In this document: positions 35,924 through 44,066 of the stretch, in pieces | Numbering within the stretch: position 1 is the stretch's first letter | How the letters are laid out: every line of letters begins with the position of its first letter | IMG/VR virus record: IMGVR_UViG_3300028549_001120 | Length of the DNA stretch: 64,000 nucleotides | Direction: 5' to 3' (one strand) | Source of the DNA: a virus | Position numbers and translations under genes: made by a program | Notes under the pieces: model-generated | Seen by the model: only the letters and a program-made list of their open reading frames with translations | What the model was told of the DNA's origin: nothing | Databases searched by the model: none

Positions 35924-36262
35924 TTAAAAGTCGTCTATATTTCTAAATTGTTCTGGATTACCTAATGTAAGTGCTGTTTTTACCCATTCACGCAATCTTT
36001 TATCTTCGGGAACTAATCCAGAATTATGAATAGCCATTAAATATCCTCTGCATACGTGGATAGCTTTTGTTCTAACGAATCTTTCCAATCCTTCTCTTGT
36101 AATATCTACATCATCGGGAACTGAATTGATACACGGCATATAAAAGTCCGTTATCATAAGTTCTGGTATATCTGCTGGATTGATATAACCTTTGAAGTCG
36201 ATTACTTTAGTACTTTTTTTGAATGGGCATTGCTTACAGTACCCGCATTTTATTTGTTCCAT
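35924..36262 (-). CDS. Cys-rich hypothetical protein
   Basis: 112 aa with N-terminal CGYCKQC and further Cys residues. Confidence 0.6.
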   Translation of the reverse strand: MEQIKCGYCKQCPFKKSTKVIDFKGYINPADIPELMITDFYMPCINSVPDDVDITREGLERFVRTKAIHVCRGYLMAIHNSGLVPEDKRLREWVKTALTLGNPEQFRNIDDF

Positions 36263-36273
36263 ATTAGATAGTA

Positions 36274-36552
36274 TTAAGAAATAGGCTTATATTCCTTTCG
36301 GATTACAGTGTCTATTTTGGTTTCCAATTCGGTTAAATAAGTAGACTTCATTACTCCTTCTACTCCATAAGCATTTTCTACTATCTCTTCACAATATTTA
36401 AGTAAGTTGTTTGCTGCTTCTTTAAATCCTTCGTGAAATTCTCCCTCCCCTCCTACCTCGTCTATTGCATTTATCAATATGGAAGACCTTACTACTAATT
36501 TGTGAGTAGCTCTTGCCATTGCTAAAGGAGTCTTTTTTACTTTACTTGACAT
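36274..36552 (-). CDS. Hypothetical protein
   Basis: 92-aa ORF directly downstream of a promoter cassette. Confidence 0.65.
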   Translation of the reverse strand: MSSKVKKTPLAMARATHKLVVRSSILINAIDEVGGEGEFHEGFKEAANNLLKYCEEIVENAYGVEGVMKSTYLTELETKIDTVIRKEYKPIS

Positions 36553-36573
36553 ACTAATGATTATTTAACGGGG

Positions 36574-36605
36574 CAAATATAAATCTTTTTATTTAGATAA
36601 AAAAA
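36574..36605 (-). promoter_or_regulatory. Early-type promoter cassette (-7 box TATATTTG)
   Basis: Minus strand: TTTTTTTATCTAAATAAAAAGATT-TATATTTG-CCCCGTTAAATAATC. Confidence 0.65.
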
Positions 36606-36612
36606 TATTTTA

Positions 36613-36647
36613 CAAAAAAAATCCAAAGAATTTTAAGTTCTTTGGAT
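36613..36647 (-). terminator. Rho-independent terminator
   Basis: Minus strand: ATCCAAAGAA-CTTAAAA-TTCTTTGGAT (10-bp stem) followed by TTTTTTTT. Confidence 0.8.
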
Positions 36648-36670
36648 TCTTAATGGTTTTTATATTCTTA

Positions 36671-37018
36671 TTAGCAGTTGTTCCGGCAATAATTCCTAAA
36701 ATTGTACTTTATATCTGGACTTTGGTAAGTAATAAATTTGTCCGGATAGCTGTTTTGTACATTGGCAGGGTTAAAATAGTTTGTCGGTTGAAATGTTTGT
36801 AATATAATAGTCAAATGGGTTTGCCTTTCCAGTACGATAGGCTTAATTTGAAATACTTCTACTACTTGAATTTCTTTTACAGTTTCTACTGCACTAATTT
36901 TGAATGTGTCCTCTGTTTTGCTAAAACAGCTTTTATCCTTAGTTTCTGTCACTCCTGTGGCAGCGTAACTAATCGAGAATCCGATAAAAGCCAAAAACAT
37001 AAAAATGAATCGCTTCAT
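36671..37018 (-). CDS. Secreted hypothetical protein
   Basis: N-terminal signal-like MKRFIFMFLAFIGFSISYA. A TATATTTG box at 37048-37055 lies upstream. Confidence 0.6.
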   Translation of the reverse strand: MKRFIFMFLAFIGFSISYAATGVTETKDKSCFSKTEDTFKISAVETVKEIQVVEVFQIKPIVLERQTHLTIILQTFQPTNYFNPANVQNSYPDKFITYQSPDIKYNFRNYCRNNC

Positions 37019-37064
37019 AAGTTAAAAAATTTAAGTTAAACAATAATGCAAATATATAAAAATT

Positions 37065-37232
37065 CTATTTACGTTCTATCTTTTTAAGCATCTTTTCAGT
37101 AGTTGGTTTCGGACAACTTTCTGTTGGTGCTAAATATGGATTAAAATCCTTAATCAATTGGGTAGAATATCCTAGACTACATCCTTGATTTATTAATGCT
37201 TTACAGCCCTTACAATTTATTTTAGACTTCAT
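37065..37232 (-). CDS. Small Cys-rich protein (55 aa), not in the ORF track
   Basis: MKSKINCKGCKALINQGCSLGYSTQLIKDFNPYLAPTESCPKPTTEKMLKKIERK. Overlaps the upstream gene by 11 nt. Confidence 0.4.
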   Translation of the reverse strand: MKSKINCKGCKALINQGCSLGYSTQLIKDFNPYLAPTESCPKPTTEKMLKKIERK

Positions 37233-37491
37233 ATAAATGGTATACTAATGATTCGTATTCTAATGTTCCCCTATGAATTGCTTTATCTGGAATTTCACTT
37301 CCAGTAAAGTAGATTTGTAAAGTCAAATCATTTACTGCTTCCTTATTTGGCAATGTAGGCTTTTCTACCCATACTGTTGCTCTTCCATCTTGTACTCCAA
37401 AATGAACTACTTTACTTCTTACTGGAATTGATTCTATTGTAAGTCCAGAACCGTGTCCCAATCTTGTTTGATACTTGTGTACTGTCTTCAT
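37222..37491 (-). CDS. Hypothetical protein
   Basis: 89-aa ORF with an ATGA overlap upstream. Confidence 0.65.
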   Translation of the reverse strand: MKTVHKYQTRLGHGSGLTIESIPVRSKVVHFGVQDGRATVWVEKPTLPNKEAVNDLTLQIYFTGSEIPDKAIHRGTLEYESLVYHLYEV

Positions 37492-37763
37492 ACGTTGAAA
37501 AATATCCCTATTAAAAATCTAACTATGAAGTAAACTACTGCAAGGATTAAAAATCCCCATTGTATTTTACCTATTGTGCTGAGTTTGTTTTTTGATTTCA
37601 TTGGTTCTAGATTAAATAGTTGAACTGCTTCGTGAAAATTGATTACATCCCTTTCCTGTTTACCAGTAAGGTTTAAGCTTCTAGGGATTACTTTCCCTTT
37701 ATGAACTTTTGAATAGATTCCATTTATGAAATATCTATTTCCTCCTACGTGCTTTATAGTCAT
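37488..37763 (-). CDS. Membrane-anchored hypothetical protein
   Basis: 91 aa with a C-terminal TM (IQWGFLILAVVYFIVRFLIGIFF). Confidence 0.6.
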   Translation of the reverse strand: MTIKHVGGNRYFINGIYSKVHKGKVIPRSLNLTGKQERDVINFHEAVQLFNLEPMKSKNKLSTIGKIQWGFLILAVVYFIVRFLIGIFFNV

Positions 37764-37956
37764 CTTTGAATTTTTTGATTATTACTTTTCTATTCTCTTC
37801 TGTATTTTCTAATTCCATTTCTTTTAGGATTCTGGTAACTAACATTCCTCTTCCTAATTCGGATAACTTGTCCCAGTTCTTTCTATTGTTAAATATTAAG
37901 AATCTGTGTCTAAGTTCTACTGTTCCTGCATCTTTTCTTTCTTTTCTACGTTCCAT
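37735..37956 (-). CDS. Basic hypothetical protein
   Basis: 73-aa Arg/Lys-rich ORF. Confidence 0.5.
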   Translation of the reverse strand: MERRKERKDAGTVELRHRFLIFNNRKNWDKLSELGRGMLVTRILKEMELENTEENRKVIIKKFKDDYKARRRK

Positions 37957-38129
37957 ATTGATTCGTATTGATTAAATTTATGTTGCCGGATAGGTCTTAC
38001 CATTGGTTCTGTTTTGAAATACAATAGTAAGCATTTTTCTTTAATATGATTATAACTTTCAACAAACTCGAATCCTGTAAGTTCGTTGTTGTCAATTCTT
38101 TGCTTTATTCTTTGGTGGTACGGGTACAT
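37917..38129 (-). CDS. Hypothetical protein
   Basis: 70-aa ORF. Confidence 0.5.
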   Translation of the reverse strand: MYPYHQRIKQRIDNNELTGFEFVESYNHIKEKCLLLYFKTEPMVRPIRQHKFNQYESIWNVEKKEKMQEQ

Positions 38130-38130
38130 T

Positions 38131-38556
38131 TTACTTCTCTAATAAATATTCAGTCATATAAAATTGAAGCGCAGTTTGTATCTGGTCTGTTTTCAAATAC
38201 TCTTCTAATACTTGTTTTGGGACTTCCATTCCGAACCATTCTGTAACTTTAAATCCCATTTTACTGGAAGTTACATCAGTGCAATATCCTGTAGTACCAT
38301 CATAATTAAAAGCGTGCTCTAAAGGAAAACCCAATTCAGTTACATAATATCCTTCGTAATAAGCTATATTTGCAGCATAAGCCATCAATATGGAATTCTT
38401 ATAACATTCCTTAGCATTTACAGGGAAAGGAGTTTTCTCCCATAAGGTTACACATTTAGTGAATAATGTTCCCCTACTTCTTAATAGTTGAAAATATTCC
38501 TTCTGCTTTTCTGAAGTGAGTTCTATTAATTGGTCTAGATATTCGATTGTAGTCAT
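38131..38556 (-). CDS. Hypothetical protein
   Basis: 141-aa ORF with a TAATG-type junction upstream. Confidence 0.65.
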   Translation of the reverse strand: MTTIEYLDQLIELTSEKQKEYFQLLRSRGTLFTKCVTLWEKTPFPVNAKECYKNSILMAYAANIAYYEGYYVTELGFPLEHAFNYDGTTGYCTDVTSSKMGFKVTEWFGMEVPKQVLEEYLKTDQIQTALQFYMTEYLLEK

Positions 38557-38822
38557 TACTTTTTAAGGATTTTATATTTTTTTAAAATTGCAAGAACTTG
38601 TTCTCTTAGAAAATCATTAAATAATATCCATTCCTTTGAATCATTATACATTACTATATCTTTCTCGTTATAATTTAAGTGGCCGTGGCAAACCGAACCG
38701 AAATACTCTATAGAATCCTGTCTGTTACAATAAATATTCCAGGTTTCTTTAGTAAAACTAAATTCCAATTCTATTTTAGATTTACCTATTCTAACTAATA
38801 TTATTTCTTGATTTGTTGACAT
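38556..38822 (-). CDS. Hypothetical protein with the shared MSTNQEI N-terminus
   Basis: 88 aa. The first 7 codons and the promoter are shared with 51978..52601. Confidence 0.65.
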   Translation of the reverse strand: MSTNQEIILVRIGKSKIELEFSFTKETWNIYCNRQDSIEYFGSVCHGHLNYNEKDIVMYNDSKEWILFNDFLREQVLAILKKYKILKK

Positions 38823-38851
38823 TTTAAATATTTTTTGATTGTTTAACAGAG

Positions 38852-38883
38852 CAAACTTACTTCTTTTTATTTAGATAAAAAAA
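38852..38883 (-). promoter_or_regulatory. Early-type promoter cassette (-7 box TAAGTTTG)
   Basis: Minus strand: TTTTTTTATCTAAATAAAAAGAAG-TAAGTTTG-CTCTGTTAAACAATC. Confidence 0.65.
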
Positions 38884-38892
38884 TTTATTTAC

Positions 38893-38919
38893 AAAAAAAT
38901 GAAACTTTAACGGTTTCAT
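38893..38919 (-). terminator. Hairpin plus T-run after the terminase gene (conserved AAACCGTTAAAGTTT element)
   Basis: Minus strand: ATGAAAC-CGTTAAA-GTTTCAT followed by TTTTTTTGT. Confidence 0.5.
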
Positions 38920-38949
38920 TTTTCATTATATACTACGTATATAAGATTT

Positions 38950-40632
38950 TTAGGCCATTAGTGGTACAGCGAAGTCATATCGGCTTCTATAACCTTTTCT
39001 CATCCAATTCCAATAAGCCATACAGTCTGCTAAGTTTGGCGAACCTCCTAATCTTTGTTTGATTTTATCTTTTTTCTCTATAGCTATTGAATTCTCACGG
39101 AGTTCAAATCTAATAGTTACTAATTCCTTTTTTAACTTCTTAATTGTATCAATTGGAATTTCATTGGAAATAGTTACTTTCCCTTTTCTAAAATCTTCTC
39201 TAAGTTCCCAATACATTTGTGCTCTTAGGTTTAAGAACTTATACATTGGATTGTCTTCATTGTCTTTTGGTATAACTTCCTCCCAAGGTTTATCTCCTCC
39301 ACCTAAGCTTGTAACTTGAAAACCTAGATTTGTAAATGTATTGACTGTTGAAGCACCTACCCCTACACTATCTATACCGACATTACTAGCAACTATTTCC
39401 ATTTGTTCAAGTGTATCTATGGGATATTCTAAAATAAGTTCTAATTCGCGCTTATTTAAGTCCTCGTGGCTTAAGAAGTCTCGGATTGCATACACTCCCC
39501 TAGTTTTCACATCTTCTCTAATCTTTTGGATTTGTCTTTTATCATAAAGTAAGTTGTAAGCAATATCTGAAGCTGAAGGGCAATTAAATTCAATCAATTT
39601 TACTAATTCAGAACCCTTGCCGTATGCTAATGCTGCCTCATCCCCATTTGCCGAATTAGCAACGTCTACACCTAAAGCATTATAGTAGGTTATATCATCT
39701 TCGATTGTTGCCCCTATAGCCATTTCAATCCAATCAAGTTTAATCAATGAATTGGAACTTTGCTTAGGAGTGATTCCTCGTACCCTTGAATTAAATAATG
39801 GGGAGCCTTCTCCATATTTACTTCTCCTTCTTTCGATACTTGGTATTGATACTGCTCCAGGAAAGATTTCTTTCTGAAGTACAACATTCGGATAGTCATA
39901 AGCAGATAGTCTAAAATCCAATACTTCCAATTGTGCACCGAATTGTGCAAGTTCGTCCAATTCATTATCTGGGTTACCTACTGCTACAATAATGTTATTG
40001 CTACCAGTACAAGTATTTTGGAATGCAGTCATTACAGCGGAGTTCATTCCTGGAGTTTCCTCTGTAATGATTAGCATATTTTCTCTGTGGAACCCTTGTG
40101 CTTTTGTAGCTGATTGTTCGTCTGCACCAACTCCAGCTACGAATCCTACTGCTTGCCATCCTTCGTATTCATTCTTTCCTTCTTGGCCAATGGTAAGTTT
40201 TAATGAAGTCAATGTAGCTTCTGGACGTATTGCTTTGAATTTATTAAATACCTTCCCTATCTCACTCCATAAGTGAAGCTTAAGTTGTGGTTCCTTTGGT
40301 GCTGAGGTTACTACTAATGAATCTGGGAAGCAATCTAAAAACCAAAGTACTAATCTTGATAGGAAATAAGTTTTAGAAGTACCTGTTGCAGCGGATATTG
40401 CTACCCATTGCTTTTCTGCTACTGCTTCCCAAGCTTGTTTAAGTGGTGAAGGACTTCCGTCCCATTTATGATTCTTATATTCTGGGAATTGCTCCCAATC
40501 AAAGTTTTTAGAATCTTCTTGAAAACGCTCTGAAAGCCAAGCTAAAGGATTTTTTTGATAGTACTTTAGTTTGGCTCTCTTTAATTGCTCTTCTAGTAAT
40601 AGTCTGTGATTCAGTTTTTCAATTTCATTCAT
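38950..40632 (-). CDS. Terminase large subunit
   Basis: Walker-A-like AATGTSKT and LIITEETPG. C-terminal RNase-H-like nuclease Asp motifs (GVDVANSANGDEAA, IDSVGVGAS, DCMAYW). 560 aa. Confidence 0.85.
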   Translation of the reverse strand: MNEIEKLNHRLLLEEQLKRAKLKYYQKNPLAWLSERFQEDSKNFDWEQFPEYKNHKWDGSPSPLKQAWEAVAEKQWVAISAATGTSKTYFLSRLVLWFLDCFPDSLVVTSAPKEPQLKLHLWSEIGKVFNKFKAIRPEATLTSLKLTIGQEGKNEYEGWQAVGFVAGVGADEQSATKAQGFHRENMLIITEETPGMNSAVMTAFQNTCTGSNNIIVAVGNPDNELDELAQFGAQLEVLDFRLSAYDYPNVVLQKEIFPGAVSIPSIERRRSKYGEGSPLFNSRVRGITPKQSSNSLIKLDWIEMAIGATIEDDITYYNALGVDVANSANGDEAALAYGKGSELVKLIEFNCPSASDIAYNLLYDKRQIQKIREDVKTRGVYAIRDFLSHEDLNKRELELILEYPIDTLEQMEIVASNVGIDSVGVGASTVNTFTNLGFQVTSLGGGDKPWEEVIPKDNEDNPMYKFLNLRAQMYWELREDFRKGKVTISNEIPIDTIKKLKKELVTIRFELRENSIAIEKKDKIKQRLGGSPNLADCMAYWNWMRKGYRSRYDFAVPLMA

Positions 40633-40862
40633 TTGTTTGGAACTTTCGTACTTCTAAATATTACTAACTGATTTAACTTTTCACAATGAACTCTTTTAGC
40701 TTTCATTGTTTTAGTGGATTCGTCTACTAGCTTTTTATCAATTGCCTTTTGAACAGTAGTCTTTGGGATTTGAAGTTGGCTAGCACAATCATTGATAGAA
40801 GTAAAAGTTTGAATAAGTTCCATTGTATTGGAATATACGTAGATTGTTCTAGCTTGCTTCAT
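40629..40862 (-). CDS. Small HTH-like DNA-binding protein
   Basis: 77 aa. INDCASQLQIPKTTVQKAIDKK looks like a helix-turn-helix. ATGA overlap with the terminase gene. Confidence 0.4.
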   Translation of the reverse strand: MKQARTIYVYSNTMELIQTFTSINDCASQLQIPKTTVQKAIDKKLVDESTKTMKAKRVHCEKLNQLVIFRSTKVPNK

Positions 40863-40863
40863 A

Positions 40864-41310
40864 CTACTTATTTTGGTATTTGTTTATTTCTGCAAGTAAC
40901 TCTTCGTCGGTCATTTTACTAAGTCCCGTTACCTTCATATCAATCTGTTGTACATCAAGTCCATTTAGCTTGTCTAACTCCTTCTGGGCTAACCTTACAT
41001 TCTCCCAACTTCCCTTTTCCCGACAGTTACGAATAAAAGTTTCCCATCGCTCCTTACTTTTCTCTAACAATTCACTTTTAGTAAGTTCTTGGGCATTTTG
41101 AACCTTTTTCTCTTCAGTTACTTCTTTAAGAAGTTTACTGATTCTGTTCTGTGGAATGTTAAACCATTGATACTCATCACTTCCATCAAATCCTCCATTT
41201 TGTAAATAATGTTTTATCTGAAATAAATTGAATCCCCATACGTGATAATCGTATATTAGGGTTTTAATTCTATTTATATCATTCTTAGTTGGTTTTTTTA
41301 ATTCACCCAT
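40864..41310 (-). CDS. Possible terminase small subunit
   Basis: 148-aa ORF upstream of the terminase large subunit gene, with a coiled-coil C-terminal half. Called on position only. Confidence 0.3.
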   Translation of the reverse strand: MGELKKPTKNDINRIKTLIYDYHVWGFNLFQIKHYLQNGGFDGSDEYQWFNIPQNRISKLLKEVTEEKKVQNAQELTKSELLEKSKERWETFIRNCREKGSWENVRLAQKELDKLNGLDVQQIDMKVTGLSKMTDEELLAEINKYQNK

Positions 41311-41381
41311 AACTATATATTTTGCTATTTAGGTCGTAAAAGTACAAATTCTACGGTATTTATGATAAAAACCTTTTAATT

Positions 41382-41591
41382 TTAATCAATTACCTTGGCT
41401 TTCTTGCCTTCTATCTGTTCCCTTATGTTCTCTCCCCATCCATTCATACCGTTTCTGGCTGTGAATGTTTTATTGTCATCTGATACATCAAATAATATAC
41501 AGAACTTTCCGTTGAAGTCTACTTCTATTTGGTTGTTCTTTATATCTTCTGTGTTTATCTCTCTGGTCTCTTGGTTGAATTTAAGTTTCAT
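41382..41591 (-). CDS. Hypothetical protein
   Basis: 69-aa ORF. Confidence 0.55.
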   Translation of the reverse strand: MKLKFNQETREINTEDIKNNQIEVDFNGKFCILFDVSDDNKTFTARNGMNGWGENIREQIEGKKAKVID

Positions 41592-41625
41592 ATAGTGGGA
41601 ACATTTTTAAATTTACTTTGAATTT

Positions 41626-42066
41626 TTAGTTTTCTTTAAGTAAAGATTTCTCAAATAAAATTTTTCTAAGTAATTTCTCATTTAATTCATTACTGAATAA
41701 TCTTATATAAGGACCTTTCCCAGAATACCCTTTCATATATCCTACTCCAGATTCTGAAATAACTAATAATAATTCCCCGGAAGGATTTACTAAAAGGGGA
41801 TATTCAATAAGTGAATTTCCATTATAACATTTCAAATTAAAAGATTCTAATAATTTATAGAATTCTAACTCTTCTCCTGATATTAAACTAATATACCAAA
41901 AAACATTAGTATAAAGTAATTTATCTATTCTATAATTAAAGGGTTGTTGATTTAAGTCTTCTTTAAACATACTTGTGGTTTTAATATCAAACTTCCCTTT
42001 ACGTAATGTAAAAGGAAGCTTTCCAATTTCTAATACTTCTACGTCTTCGTCCCTAAAGGTCTTCAT
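41626..42066 (-). CDS. Hypothetical protein
   Basis: 146-aa ORF overlapping the groES-like gene by 14 nt. Confidence 0.6.
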   Translation of the reverse strand: MKTFRDEDVEVLEIGKLPFTLRKGKFDIKTTSMFKEDLNQQPFNYRIDKLLYTNVFWYISLISGEELEFYKLLESFNLKCYNGNSLIEYPLLVNPSGELLLVISESGVGYMKGYSGKGPYIRLFSNELNEKLLRKILFEKSLLKEN

Positions 42067-42325
42067 TTGGAATTATTGCAATTACGTCTGCTTCACGCAT
42101 TACTAACAAATGTTGCTTTTCTACTTCAATTTCATTTCCTGCGAACTTTCCATATAGGATTGTATCTCCTTCTTTTAATTCAACACATTTTATACCTGCT
42201 GCTATTACTTTGCCTTTCTTAGGCTTTTCTTTAGCACTGTCCGGAATGATTATCCCTCCCTTTGTTATTGACTGCCCTTCTATTGGTTCTACTAGAACTC
42301 GGTCTTGCAATGGTTTTACTTTCAT
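42053..42325 (-). CDS. groES: Co-chaperonin GroES homolog
   Basis: MKVKPLQDRVLVEPIEGQSITKGGIIIPDSAKEKPKKGKVIAAG...EGDTILYGKFAGNEIEV...LLVMREADVIAII aligns along its full length with bacterial GroES (MNIRPLHDRVIVKR...GGIVL...GEVLAVG...VGDIV...). Confidence 0.85.
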   Translation of the reverse strand: MKVKPLQDRVLVEPIEGQSITKGGIIIPDSAKEKPKKGKVIAAGIKCVELKEGDTILYGKFAGNEIEVEKQHLLVMREADVIAIIPNEDL

Positions 42326-42381
42326 ATCTCTTGTTTATTACTTTGATTGATTTGTTCTGTTGAATATTACTGTTAAACCTT

Positions 42382-42678
42382 CTAAGCATTTTTACTTTTA
42401 CAGTTTTCGCAGTTACCGTCGCATTTTCTTACTTCGAATCTTCTTACCTCTGCATTAGGGAACATTTTCAATAGTTCTTTTATTGGCTCTGGTAAATCTT
42501 CCTCTTGCTCTTCTGGTTTTACAACTTCTGGTTGTTTTACTTCCATTTGGTTTATTGCAATCTGTGTATTGATTGATAGAAGTTTTACTTTTTTCTTTTC
42601 TAACAATATTTGAATTGCTTCGAATGTAGTCAAATCTGGGAATTGACTTTTTAATTTTTGGATTTTCTTTCCGTTCAT
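42382..42678 (-). CDS. Hypothetical protein
   Basis: 98-aa ORF with C-terminal CDGNCENC. Confidence 0.6.
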   Translation of the reverse strand: MNGKKIQKLKSQFPDLTTFEAIQILLEKKKVKLLSINTQIAINQMEVKQPEVVKPEEQEEDLPEPIKELLKMFPNAEVRRFEVRKCDGNCENCKSKNA

Positions 42679-42956
42679 TACTTTATAATTTGAGTTAACT
42701 TTTCGTATGATTTTTCTGCTTCCATTGCTTTTGCTTTTGCATTAGCTGTATTTGTCAATACTTGCTCTAATACAAAATCTCTAATTTCGTGAAGTACACT
42801 TGGTAATTCTGAATAGTGGAAGCTTATTAATAGATTATTTTTTATCTCTTGTAATGTTGCTTCCCTTTTACTTTGATATTCAGCTGAGCATTCAATTGGT
42901 TTTTGAAGTTCATTTTCTACTGCTTTTTCTAAAAGCTCTTTAAAATTTATTTCCAT
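42678..42956 (-). CDS. Hypothetical protein
   Basis: 92-aa ORF with a TAATG junction. Confidence 0.6.
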   Translation of the reverse strand: MEINFKELLEKAVENELQKPIECSAEYQSKREATLQEIKNNLLISFHYSELPSVLHEIRDFVLEQVLTNTANAKAKAMEAEKSYEKLTQIIK

Positions 42957-43408
42957 TATTTCTGTTTTAAAATATAATCTGGGTATCTTACCTCTTCAAA
43001 TGAACGTATTCTAATACAAGGTACTGCATTTGGAATTACTTTTCTCGTGCAATCTGAAACTAAAATACAGTTATCATCTTCTATTACTCCTAAGTGAAAA
43101 TCTATTATTGCTGGATGATTTATAATCGTTCCATCTTCTAAGATTTCTGAAGGTACTGAAATTTCATTTTGCTTTCTACTCCACGTTACTACTGTACCTT
43201 TAGAAGCATTTCTTGGGTCAAATGGTAAAAATTCAAAATCAGATTCAAGTTGTTGTACCCATTTAACTTTGGATTTTATTCCTGCCCTTTTAAAAGCATA
43301 AGTCAAACAAGTTTCTTTCTTGTCTACTCTAGTTCTATGTAATTTTTTAACTTCCATTTTCTCCGAACTTATATTTCCTTTCCCATCTGAATAGTAATAA
43401 TGCGCCAT
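42956..43408 (-). CDS. Hypothetical protein, possible papain-like Cys/His hydrolase (weak)
   Basis: 150 aa. ETCLTYAF ... DFHLGVIEDD suggests a Cys-His pair. Weak. Confidence 0.3.
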   Translation of the reverse strand: MAHYYYSDGKGNISSEKMEVKKLHRTRVDKKETCLTYAFKRAGIKSKVKWVQQLESDFEFLPFDPRNASKGTVVTWSRKQNEISVPSEILEDGTIINHPAIIDFHLGVIEDDNCILVSDCTRKVIPNAVPCIRIRSFEEVRYPDYILKQK

Positions 43409-43420
43409 TTAGATTCATTT

Positions 43421-44012
43421 AAAAAGGGACTTACTAAAAACTGCTGAGTGAAACATCAGTCCCAATGTTTGCTATCAAAGCCAACTGAATAACTTATTGT
43501 CGTATACTTCGTAAAGTTCCCTAACTCATTTATTGCTTTGCTGCTTTGTACTATAAAGAAGATTCGAACTTCAATCCTGGGTCCCCTATTTGCTATTACT
43601 AGCCATCTTAGTTCTCCTGTGCACCATTACACCATATAGCTCCCCAAGTTTCGAACCTTGGATTATGAAAACCGCTAAGTCTTCATTTTTGTGGGGGTAG
43701 ATAGGACTTGAACCTATAAGGATTGTTTTCTGCTCTGTGGAACCCCGTCACTTATATAGCTTCTTTCTCACTAATGGTCAAGATTTGCCCACCTCGGCGA
43801 GGATTACTCTCCATATACCCGTCGATATACTTGTTTACCAATTTCAACACTCCCCCAAATTTATAAAACCTTTAGGTCACATCGCCCAGTTTTCATTCTA
43901 TCGCTAAATAGACGTTCTAGTTGCTCCTACTTGCGTTTTCAGACTTGGCTAAAACTCTTCTGCTGTCACTGCTAAAGGTTTATATTTCAATGAACTTCTT
44001 TATATAATTTTG
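43421..44012 (-). ncRNA. About 0.6 kb non-coding transcription unit with tRNA-like (T-arm / D-arm / acceptor-like) modules; class unknown
   Basis: No ORF of 60 aa or more on either strand, and the region looks G/C-richer than its flanks. Promoter cassette at 44019-44049; hairpin GGGACT...AGTCCC plus TTTTT at 43421-43463. T-arm-like ATAGG-TTCAAGT-CCTAT (43701-43717), GAAG-TTCGAAT-CTTC (43558-43572) and CCAAG-GTTCGAAA-CTTGG (43644-43661). GNRA hairpin GCTA-GTAA-TAGC (43592-43603). Confidence 0.5.
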
Positions 44013-44018
44013 ATAGGG

Positions 44019-44049
44019 CAAATATACGATATTTTTATTTAGATAAAAA
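44019..44049 (-). promoter_or_regulatory. Early-type promoter cassette driving the non-coding unit
   Basis: Minus strand: TTTTTATCTAAATAAAAATATCG-TATATTTG-CCCTATCAAAAT. Confidence 0.6.
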
Positions 44050-44066
44050 TAAAAATATAAAAATTT

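Noticed and set aside
43557-43857. Calling canonical tRNA genes or a tmRNA in the ORF-free region
   Set aside because: None of the three T-arm-like motifs has a matching acceptor stem about 48-65 nt upstream together with a 5-bp/7-nt anticodon arm; I checked every register by hand. The best acceptor pairing spans about 165 nt. That is too short for a tmRNA, there is no Ala-rich tag ORF, and there is no G3-U70 pair. The region is therefore reported only as an unclassified ncRNA.
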